DNA of 64,000 bases, from positions 1 through 64,000 of the forward strand of contig JAQBHB010000098.1 of NCBI GenBank assembly GCA_032128115.1, written 5' to 3'. This document shows positions 1 to 7,811 of this stretch, piece by piece. Under the pieces are notes generated by a model. The model worked only from the letters and a program-made list of their open reading frames with translations. It did no database searches and was not told the origin of the DNA. Each line of letters starts with the position of its first letter. Position 1 is the first letter of the stretch. Both the position numbers and the translations under genes were made by a program. The DNA comes from Deltaproteobacteria bacterium (GTDB taxonomy: Bacteria; Myxococcota_A; UBA9160; SMWR01).

Positions 1-706
1 CCGAGTCGTTGACGTTGATGGCGGGGAAGAGCAGGGTGCCCGCCTCTTCCATCTGGTAGAGCCGGTGGACCCCGGTGGTGGTCTCCTCGGAGACGCCGCC
101 AATGGCTTCGGCCATGTCGCGCCACAGTCGCGGCTTGCGCAGCTGCTCCCGGCGCAGCACGTCCAGGATCACGCCCCACTCTTCGGACTCGCTGTCCGGA
201 TCGAAGTCCGGGACCTTGCCCGCCTTCTCGAACTCGACCCCCCTGTGCACCAGCAGGGTGGCGTCGCCCCCGTCGTCGACGATCAGGTGGGGGCCCGAGC
301 CGTCGGGCCAGCGCAGGGCTTCGAGCGTGCACCACCAGTACTCCTCGAGAGTTTCGCCCTTCCACGCAAACACGGGCGTGCCGCGCGGGTCATCGGGCGT
401 GCCATTCCGGCCCACGGCAATGGCCGCGGCAGCGTGGTCCTGGGTGGAAAAGATGTTGCAGCTCACCCAGCGCACGTCGGCGCCGAGTTCGACCAGCGTC
501 TCGATCAGCACCGCGGTCTGCACCGTCATGTGCAGGCTGCCCATGATGCGCGCGCCCGCGAGGGGCTTGCTCTGTCCGTAGCGCTCGCGCAGGGTCATCA
601 GGCCCGGCATCTCGTGTTCGGCGAGGCGGATCTCGCGGCGGCCGAAGTCGGCGGCGTCGAGGTTGGCAACCTTGAAGGGCAGGCGATCCGTGCTGGCGGC
701 GGTCAT
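1..706 (-). CDS. ahcY: Adenosylhomocysteinase, 5' part (3' end runs off the window)
   Basis: Not in the ORF track. Manual translation from ATG 706: [37 protein letters not shown]...[40 protein letters not shown]...[10 protein letters not shown]...[13 protein letters not shown], which are the SAH hydrolase signatures. GGGAG RBS upstream. Confidence 0.97.
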   Translation of the reverse strand, partial: MTAASTDRLPFKVANLDAADFGRREIRLAEHEMPGLMTLRERYGQSKPLAGARIMGSLHMTVQTAVLIETLVELGADVRWVSCNIFSTQDHAAAAIAVGRNGTPDDPRGTPVFAWKGETLEEYWWCTLEALRWPDGSGPHLIVDDGGDATLLVHRGVEFEKAGKVPDFDPDSESEEWGVILDVLRREQLRKPRLWRDMAEAIGGVSEETTTGVHRLYQMEEAGTLLFPAINVNDS

Positions 707-727
707 GCGGTCTCCCTGGGAATCTGT

Positions 728-743
728 ATCTGTTTATGCGGAT
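728..743. promoter_or_regulatory. Imperfect palindrome ATC-N10-GAT upstream of ahcY, candidate SahR/SamR-type operator
   Basis: ATCTGTTTATGCGGAT (10/16 self-complementary), between a possible minus-strand TTGACG-N17-AACACT promoter and the ahcY RBS. Confidence 0.35.
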
Positions 744-814
744 GAAGTGTTCCAGAGCTTTAGGCCAGCGTCAACCGCCGGTCGGCCCTCACCCGCGGTA
801 GCCTCGCGATCCCC

Positions 815-1684
815 ATGAGCGTCGTCTTCGAGACCATCGTGCCGGTGTTCGCGGTAATCGCCGTGGGTTGGCTGCTGGCGCGGCGCCCGGACATGAATCT
901 GGCCACCCTGGCCGATCTCGCCCTGCTGGTGACCTCGCCCGCCCTGATGTTCTCGGTGCTGGCCGGCACCAGTCTCGAGCCCCGCCAGTGGGGCGCGCTG
1001 GTGGGGGGAACGCTCTTCATCGCCGCCGGGACGGCCGGGCTCGCCCTGTTGGTGGGGTGGCGGAGCGGCCGGCTCCGGCGCGGGTTCCTGCTCTCCTCGG
1101 TGTTCTGGAACGCCGGCAACATGGGGCTCGCATGCGCTCGCCTGGCCTTCGGGCCCGAGGGCCTGGAGGCGGGAGCCATCGTCTTCGTCACCATGGCGAT
1201 CCTGAGCTCCACTTTCGGGATCTGGATCGCCAAGGGCGAGAACGGCCTGGCGGAGGCCCTGCGGCTGCCGCTGGTGTACGCCAGCGTGGGCGGCGCGGCG
1301 CTGGGACTCTCGGGCGCTGCGCTTCCCCGCATGCTGATGGAGCCCATCGAGATGTTGGGCGCCATGGCGATCCCGCTGATGCTCCTCAACCTGGGCCTGC
1401 AGTTGCGGAGGTTGCAGGTGTCGGATCTTTCGCACTCGCTCCTGGCGGTGGGGATCCGCATGGGTGGAGGCGTGGCTTGCGCCTGGCTGTTCGTGACGCT
1501 CTTCGCGGTGGCCGGCGTCGATCGCCAGGTGCTGATGCTCAACGCGGTGATGCCCGCCGCCGTGATCAACGTCGTCATGGCCCAGCGCTACGGCACCGAC
1601 CCCTCGCTCGTCGCCTCCACCATCGTGCTGGGGACGCTGGTCTCGTTGGTGTCGATCCCCGCCGTACTGCTGTTCATCGCGTAG
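815..1684 (+). CDS. AEC (auxin efflux carrier) family transporter
   Basis: 289 aa, about 10 TM segments; motifs SPALMFS, NAGNMGL, AIPLMLLNLG, MPAAVIN. Confidence 0.9.
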   Translation: MSVVFETIVPVFAVIAVGWLLARRPDMNLATLADLALLVTSPALMFSVLAGTSLEPRQWGALVGGTLFIAAGTAGLALLVGWRSGRLRRGFLLSSVFWNAGNMGLACARLAFGPEGLEAGAIVFVTMAILSSTFGIWIAKGENGLAEALRLPLVYASVGGAALGLSGAALPRMLMEPIEMLGAMAIPLMLLNLGLQLRRLQVSDLSHSLLAVGIRMGGGVACAWLFVTLFAVAGVDRQVLMLNAVMPAAVINVVMAQRYGTDPSLVASTIVLGTLVSLVSIPAVLLFIA

Positions 1685-1691
1685 GGGACCC

Positions 1692-2261
1692 GTGGCGTCG
1701 GAATTCTGGATCTTCGGTTACGGATCTCTCGTGTGGCGGCCGGCGTTCGCCCACAGCGAGGCGATTCCCGGCTTCGTCCGGGGCTGGGCCCGTCGCTTCT
1801 GGCAGGGCTCGGTCGATCACCGCGGCGTGCCCGAAAGCCCCGGCCGTGTGGTGACACTCGTCCCGGATGCGTCGGAGCCGCCCTGTTGGGGCATGGCCTA
1901 CCGGGTCGAGTCCAGTGCGCGCGAACAGGTGCTCGCGAACCTGGATCACCGCGAAGTCGGAGGCTTCGATCGGCTGGAGCTCGAAGTCCACTTTCGCGAC
2001 GCCAAGAGGTCGCCGGTTCGCGGCCTCGTGTACGTGGCCTCGCAGCGCAACCCCAACTTCCTGGGTCCCGCGCCGGTAGAAGAGATCGCCGAGCAGGTGC
2101 GCCGGTCGCACGGTCCGAGCGGGCCGAACAGCGAGTACGTGCTGCGGCTCGCAGGCTGGCTGCGCGCCGTGGGCGCGGTGGACGACCACGTCTTCCAGGT
2201 GGCCGACCAGCTATGCGAGGGTGAGCCGGAGACGTGTGGTGGTGGGCCCGAAACCCGATAG
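1692..2261 (+). CDS. chaC: ChaC-like gamma-glutamylcyclotransferase
   Basis: WIFGYGSLVWRP, RRFWQGSVDHRGVPESPGRVVTL, LDHREVGG, GPSGPNSEY. Confidence 0.92.
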   Translation: MASEFWIFGYGSLVWRPAFAHSEAIPGFVRGWARRFWQGSVDHRGVPESPGRVVTLVPDASEPPCWGMAYRVESSAREQVLANLDHREVGGFDRLELEVHFRDAKRSPVRGLVYVASQRNPNFLGPAPVEEIAEQVRRSHGPSGPNSEYVLRLAGWLRAVGAVDDHVFQVADQLCEGEPETCGGGPETR

Positions 2262-2425
2262 CCATGGCGAGTCTGACTTGCCCCGGGGGGAATCCCTGGG
2301 GTCAGTGGAAGCGCCGTTCCCAGAACAACGGAAAAGCTTTTCCCTTCTGCCGCTCGGCAAGATTCATCGGATTTCCAAGCGTCTGGAATCAAAGGGTTTA
2401 TTCTGTTGACCCTGACCGCGAAGGC

Positions 2426-2441
2426 CGGCATTGATCTTGCA
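2426..2441 (+). promoter_or_regulatory. Sigma-54 (-24/-12) promoter of the PEP-CTERM gene
   Basis: CGGCATTGATCTTGCA: GG at 2427-2428, exactly 10 nt, GC at 2439-2440; matches TGGCAC-N5-TTGCW. Confidence 0.7.
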
Positions 2442-2582
2442 ATCCATCCCGCCGGAGGTCTCCTCGCGTTGCGAGGGGACGGTTGGCTCTTGGGTTTTCC
2501 TCTGGGTTTTCCTGGGTTGTCCTGGTCCTGGATTGTTCTGGGTTTAGATCGCTGGGAAGCAGAGACGGAAAAGGGGATCGAG

Positions 2583-3227
2583 ATGTTCAAGCGGATTCAG
2601 CGGAGCTTCGTGGCCCTCGCAATCGCGGCGCTGGCCGTGTCGCTGGCGGGCAGCGCCCAGGCTCTGGTCTTCACCCTCGACTCGCCGCTCACGATCACCG
2701 GCTCCGAGACCGGGAACCTCGGCGTGATCGGTACCATCAACCCGGTTACCGACATCAGCGGGATCGTGGCGGCCGCGCCGTTCTCCGACGGCACCATCAG
2801 CTTCGGCACCCAGGACGTCTTCGTCGTGGACATGACCCTTGCGGCGGGTTCGGCTGCCGTCGATCAGATCGGGATCGCAATCAGCCCCGGCATCGCCGGG
2901 GCAGGCACCTTTACGGGCGACCCGGGCCAGGCTCCCGACCTCGTGACCTACCTCGCTTTCGACCGCGGTCTGTTCGACTTCGACTTTGGTACCGCGAGCG
3001 CAGCCAACCTGGGAGCTGGCGAGACCAGCGTCCGGCTCTTCCTGACCTTCGCCCAGGGTGGCTTCTTCCCCATCGCCCCGGGCGACCAGGTCAACTTCAT
3101 GATCAGCAAGGCGGCCGACCTGGACTTCACCGTCTCGGGCACCATTGTCCCCGAGCCGGGCACCGTGCTGCTGCTGGCAAGCGGCCTGATCGCCCTGGGC
3201 GTGCGCGGGCGACGCCGCTCGGCCTAA
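2583..3227 (+). CDS. PEP-CTERM sorting domain-containing secreted protein
   Basis: Start moved to ATG 2583 (AAGGGG RBS). Signal peptide MFKRIQRSFVALAIAALAVSLAGSAQA; C-terminus VPEPGTVLLLASGLIALGVRGRRRSA. Confidence 0.92.
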   Translation: MFKRIQRSFVALAIAALAVSLAGSAQALVFTLDSPLTITGSETGNLGVIGTINPVTDISGIVAAAPFSDGTISFGTQDVFVVDMTLAAGSAAVDQIGIAISPGIAGAGTFTGDPGQAPDLVTYLAFDRGLFDFDFGTASAANLGAGETSVRLFLTFAQGGFFPIAPGDQVNFMISKAADLDFTVSGTIVPEPGTVLLLASGLIALGVRGRRRSA

Positions 3228-3592
3228 TCATTCGGATCTTGCGCCTTTTCCCGGGACGCCAGCTACCGGGCCGGCGTTTCGCTTTGCGGCTTCGCTGCTT
3301 TGTTTCTTTGCTGAATGGATACAACCGGATGTGGACCGTGGACTTCGACGGCAACCGCACCGAGCCGAGCAACCCGGCCAGCCTGGACCTCAGCAGCGAG
3401 GCCGGGGGCTAGTGCGCTCGGCAGAGATCGCTTCGAATTGCGGGGGAAAATGCCCCGCGGGGTGGTTGGTCTTGACCGCGTTCTACAATATTGAAAGAAT
3501 TTTCCGTTTTTCTGAAAGAATCGTGACACCAATAACGTCTCTCGGACCACCCCCATCATGAGGGGTGGTCTCCTCTCGCGGAGGTGCAGGTA

Positions 3593-6292
3593 ATGCGCGC
3601 AAAAGGCTTCTTTCAGATCTGGATTCTCGGACTGGCCGTCGGCATGATCGTCGCGGGCGTCGCCCCGGTCGCGCAGGCTGCGCCGGACCAGTCCGGTTCG
3701 AGCATCATCGACGAGCCGAACGGCGCGCCGCCGTTCTGCACCCAGCCCTGCTACAGCGTCGAGAAGGCCTTCGAGGTCTACCTGTCCGGCAACCCCACGG
3801 TTCCCGCCGGGCCCAGCTGCGCCGCTGGCGAAAACACCTACCTCTATACGATCAGCCACATCGGGGGCACCGGCCCGTTCGTGCCGTCGGTGACGGCTTT
3901 CGAGCTGGGCATGGCGGCAGCCGACGTTTCCAGCGCCGGCTTCATCCCCGGCGTCCTCGATCCCAGCGCCACGGTGATCCAGGCCAACGCGGTGCGCTGG
4001 GACTTCCCGGCGCCCGGCGCCGTCGGCCCCGCGGCCTCGGGCGGCGGCGGCCTGGTGAGCAGCCAGCTCTTCATCTGCTCGACGCTGCTTCCGGGCACGA
4101 TCGGCGACACCATGGTTTCCTTCGACGGGACGCTGGCGCTGGACGCGCCGGGCACCTGCGTGGGGCCGTTCGTGCCTCCGCCTCCGGCGTGTGATCTCGA
4201 AATCGACAAGACCTGCTGCATCCCTCAGCCGGACGTTCCCTTCGGCGACGCCTGCCAGGGCAAGCTGACGCGCCTGGTGCTCGAGTACACCGGCGACGAC
4301 TGCTCGGCCTCGGACAACGACCAGGGCAAGAAGTCCAAGTGCAGCGGCGGCGCCCCTGGCGCTCCCATCGGTGTCGTGGCGACCGGCAAGAGTGCCGGCG
4401 ACTTCAACATCAGCCCGAGCTCGGGCGTCAACGTGGGCGACCAGGTCGAAATCACCCACGACAACATCGAGTTCAAGGCCAGCACGAAGCTCCGGCTCAA
4501 TGGCCCCGACGACGATCAGGACATCACGATCCACACCTCGTGCTCGCGCGCCCTGCGCTGTGACGACCAGTTCGGCGGCATGAAGGTGGTGGGCCTCACC
4601 AGCACCGAGGGCGGCATCGTCGACTGCAACGCCGGGCCGCCGCCGGCGGAGCCCGGCACCGAGTGCACGGCACCTGCCGCTCCGGGAGGCACCGAATGCG
4701 ACGGCAAGATCGTCGAGCTGGTGTTCGCGTACAACGGCGCTGCGTGTGCCGACCCGCTGGCCAATCCCCAGGGAGGCAAGGCCACGTGCGACGGCGATGC
4801 CACGGGTTCCGTCAACGTGGGCATCATCTACACCGGCAAGAATCCGGGCGACTTCACGGTCAGCCCGGCGAGCATGATCAACGACGGCGATCAGGTGCGG
4901 CTCACGGCCACGGGGGCCGACTTCCTGAAGGCCAGCACCAAGCTCCAGATCGTGGACAGCAACAGCGTCGAACAGTCGCTGACGATCCACACCAGCTGCT
5001 CGCAGCCGCTGGCCCTGGGCGACGTGTTCGGGAGCCTGACCATCATCGGGATGACGACGGAGAACGGCGAGATTGAACTCTCGAACCCCGAGACCCCGAT
5101 CTTCCAGGACAGCTGCGAGGTTCCGTTCTCGCCGCCCTCGCCCCACTGCACCAGCAAGCTGAACTCGCTCACGTTGGCCTACATCGGGGACTTCCTCGGC
5201 GAAGGCTGCGCGGTCAGCAACGCGCAGGATGGCAAGGGATCCTGCTCGGGTGTCGCCGATCCGGGAGATCCCGTGTCGGTCACCATCACGAAGGACGCGG
5301 GCACGGTGAGCGCCACGCCCGACAGCGGCATCGGCGTGTTCAACCTGACGACCCTCAGTCAGGCGGGCGACCAGCTGGAGTCCTCGACCGAGTTCGACGT
5401 GACGGGCGCCGGCGGCACCCAGTCGATCGCGATCCACACGTCGTGCTCGCAGCCGCTCAACCTGGGTGATCGCTTCGGTTCGTTCGTGGTGTTCGGCATG
5501 GACCGCACGGACGACGGACCGATCGCTCTGGGTGGCGTGGTCGAGTACCAGTACAAGGTCACCAACCCCATTGCCAATGGCGTCACGGTGGACAACGTGA
5601 CGGTGGTGGACGACCAGGTCATGGGACCGATCGGCAGCGGCATCTCGATCCCGGCGGGAGAGATGGTGACGCTGTTCGACACCCGGACCCTGTACGGCAC
5701 GACCACCAACGTGGCGACCGTGACCGGCGACGTGGGCGGCCAGGCCTGCACCGAGGCCATGGATTCGGTGGAGGTCACCGTGACGACTCCGCCGGCGGGT
5801 CCGTACGCCTGCACCAAGCCCATGAAGCGGCTGGCCATGGTGTGGGACGGCCTCCAGGACGTGCGCGTCGTGGTCTGGAAGGGCGCCGTGGGCAGCACCC
5901 AGCTGGCGGACATCCCGCTGGTGGCCCCGGGTGACGTGGTCGAGGTGGGTGGCTTCGCCACCGCGCCCAACGACGTCATCTGGGAGATCTTCGAGCCGGC
6001 ACCGTCGGCGGTGAAGATCGGCGAGTCGAAGTTCCATCTGTCGTGCTCGGATCCGGAAATGAACGGAGTCGAGGACTGCGGTCGGAACGAGGGCAACGGC
6101 AAGAGCAACGAGCTGGGACTCATCAACGACTGGTTGCTCGAGGAGATCACCGACAGCGGTGGCAAGCTCGACTGCACGCCCGATGCGGTGGTGCAGAACC
6201 CGAACCCCTGCGGGATCGGATTCGAGCTGGCCTTCCTCATGCCTCCGCTCGCGTGGGCCTGGATGAGGCGCCGCCGCCGCACGCTCGCCTAG
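3593..6292 (+). CDS. Large Cys-rich secreted repeat protein (3-4 H[T/L]SCS repeats plus an Ig-like segment) with a C-terminal Cys-TM-Arg anchor
   Basis: GGAGG RBS before ATG 3593; signal peptide ending AQA; repeats IHTSCSxxLxxxDxFG; C-terminus NPCGIGFELAFLMPPLAWAWMRRRRRTLA; strong GC3 codon bias. Confidence 0.88.
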   Translation: MRAKGFFQIWILGLAVGMIVAGVAPVAQAAPDQSGSSIIDEPNGAPPFCTQPCYSVEKAFEVYLSGNPTVPAGPSCAAGENTYLYTISHIGGTGPFVPSVTAFELGMAAADVSSAGFIPGVLDPSATVIQANAVRWDFPAPGAVGPAASGGGGLVSSQLFICSTLLPGTIGDTMVSFDGTLALDAPGTCVGPFVPPPPACDLEIDKTCCIPQPDVPFGDACQGKLTRLVLEYTGDDCSASDNDQGKKSKCSGGAPGAPIGVVATGKSAGDFNISPSSGVNVGDQVEITHDNIEFKASTKLRLNGPDDDQDITIHTSCSRALRCDDQFGGMKVVGLTSTEGGIVDCNAGPPPAEPGTECTAPAAPGGTECDGKIVELVFAYNGAACADPLANPQGGKATCDGDATGSVNVGIIYTGKNPGDFTVSPASMINDGDQVRLTATGADFLKASTKLQIVDSNSVEQSLTIHTSCSQPLALGDVFGSLTIIGMTTENGEIELSNPETPIFQDSCEVPFSPPSPHCTSKLNSLTLAYIGDFLGEGCAVSNAQDGKGSCSGVADPGDPVSVTITKDAGTVSATPDSGIGVFNLTTLSQAGDQLESSTEFDVTGAGGTQSIAIHTSCSQPLNLGDRFGSFVVFGMDRTDDGPIALGGVVEYQYKVTNPIANGVTVDNVTVVDDQVMGPIGSGISIPAGEMVTLFDTRTLYGTTTNVATVTGDVGGQACTEAMDSVEVTVTTPPAGPYACTKPMKRLAMVWDGLQDVRVVVWKGAVGSTQLADIPLVAPGDVVEVGGFATAPNDVIWEIFEPAPSAVKIGESKFHLSCSDPEMNGVEDCGRNEGNGKSNELGLINDWLLEEITDSGGKLDCTPDAVVQNPNPCGIGFELAFLMPPLAWAWMRRRRRTLA

Positions 6293-6312
6293 CGAGTAGC
6301 GGCTCTGAACCA

Positions 6313-6347
6313 GACGCCCCGGCCAGTTTGTTGCTGGCCGGGGCGTC
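6313..6347. terminator. Hairpin between convergent genes, likely terminator
   Basis: Perfect 14-bp stem GACGCCCCGGCCAG / CTGGCCGGGGCGTC with a 7-nt loop, followed by GTTCGTT. Confidence 0.7.
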
Positions 6348-6365
6348 GTTCGTTCCGGGAGACGC

Positions 6366-7811
6366 TCAGTCTCCCGGTTCTTCCGACGCACCGCGCGCGA
6401 CGGGATCGGCCCCGGGGCCCGGCCCGGGCAGGAAGCCCACCAGCAGGCGCGCCAGGCTCCCGGCCAGCGCCGCGCGCAGCCTCCCCTCGAAGTGGGCGCG
6501 CTGGGCGACCAGGGCCACTTCGAGAGCCTCCACCGGATAGGCGCGGCCGTCTGCCACTACCAGCTCCAGGCTGTCGAGGGCCGAGAGATCCCGGGTCGGG
6601 TCGCGCCGGAATACCAGCAGGTCGGCCGGAGCCCCGGGCTCGATGCGGCCGAGCCCCGCAACGCGCAACGCCTCACCGGCCCGAGTGGTGGCCGCTTCCC
6701 AGGCCTGTTCCGGCGAGAGGCCGGATTCCACCAGCAGACGAAGTTCCCGGTGCAGGCTCGCGCCGGGCACCACGAAGGGATTGCCCGTATCGGTGCCCGC
6801 CAGGATCGGCACGCCCGCCGCGTGCAGCGCCGCCACCGCCGACTGCATCTGCGCCACGCGCTGCTCGGCATGGGCCCCCCGGGTGTGGTCCAGCGCCCGG
6901 ACGAGTGGGTTGCGTTCCCGGTTCCAGAGAACCTGGCGGTGATGGGGGGGAAGCAGGCGTGCGCTGGCAGCTTCCATCGCCCGCTCCGCAGGCAGGGAGT
7001 TGGCGGCGAAGGCCACCAGCGTCGGCGTGTGTGCGGCGCCCTGTTGGCGAGACGCCTCCACGTACCAGGCGATGCGTCCGGGCTCCACGGGCCGCCAGTC
7101 TCGACTGAGGCCCATCACGTGTTGGATCTCGGCATCTCCCATCTGGACGATGGACAGGGCGCGCGGCACGTGGCCAATCACCGGTAGGCCGCGCACCTGC
7201 GCCTCCTCGCGCAGGGCCGCGTACGCCTCGTAGGAGACGCCGTTGTAGACCTTGATGCAATCGACGCCTTCGGCATCCAGATCGGCCACCGCCTTCCGGG
7301 CCTCGCCCGCGTTCGTGACCACCCGCGACGTGAACCAGGTGGGCGGAGCGCCGTCGATCAGGGGTCCGCAGCGGAATACGCGCGGGCCCGCCACCTGGCC
7401 CGCTTCGATCCGGCGCGCGTGGCCCTCGACGGAGCCCAGCAGGCCCCCCGCATCGCGCACGCTGGTGACGCCGTGTGCGAGGAAGAGCAGGGCGAACAAC
7501 TCGCGCTCGCCGAGTGCAAAGGCGGGCGGATGGTGCACGTGCAGATCGATCAAGCCGGGCAACACGAACGCACCGGCGAAGGGTCCGCCCGCGCCGGAAG
7601 CCGACCGCTCCACGCGCGCGATCCGTCCCTCCGAGATCTCGATGCGTCGATCGGGCAGGCGGCGCACGCCCGGCTCCACCAGGGTTACGCCCGATAGCGT
7701 CAGGTTCTCGCGGGGAGGCACGGGAACCGCCGGCGGCTGCAGGACCCACACGAGACCCGACACCGCAGCGAGCACGGCGATCGACGCGCTGGCCAGCAGG
7801 CGGCGCATCAA
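6366..7811 (-). CDS. Membrane-anchored amidohydrolase family protein
   Basis: N-terminal TM; VLPGLIDLHVH metal motif, GVTSVRDAG, LAGTDTGNP, GRIEPGAPADLLV. Confidence 0.88.
   Translation of the reverse strand: MMRRLLASASIAVLAAVSGLVWVLQPPAVPVPPRENLTLSGVTLVEPGVRRLPDRRIEISEGRIARVERSASGAGGPFAGAFVLPGLIDLHVHHPPAFALGERELFALLFLAHGVTSVRDAGGLLGSVEGHARRIEAGQVAGPRVFRCGPLIDGAPPTWFTSRVVTNAGEARKAVADLDAEGVDCIKVYNGVSYEAYAALREEAQVRGLPVIGHVPRALSIVQMGDAEIQHVMGLSRDWRPVEPGRIAWYVEASRQQGAAHTPTLVAFAANSLPAERAMEAASARLLPPHHRQVLWNRERNPLVRALDHTRGAHAEQRVAQMQSAVAALHAAGVPILAGTDTGNPFVVPGASLHRELRLLVESGLSPEQAWEAATTRAGEALRVAGLGRIEPGAPADLLVFRRDPTRDLSALDSLELVVADGRAYPVEALEVALVAQRAHFEGRLRAALAGSLARLLVGFLPGPGPGADPVARGASEEPGD

Noticed and set aside
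65..745. Plus-strand ORFs 65..745 and 75..581
   Set aside because: Antisense to ahcY, which the track missed because it runs off the window edge.
707..814. SAH or SAM riboswitch upstream of ahcY
   Set aside because: Leader is short and I could not see the conserved core; an Infernal search would be decisive.
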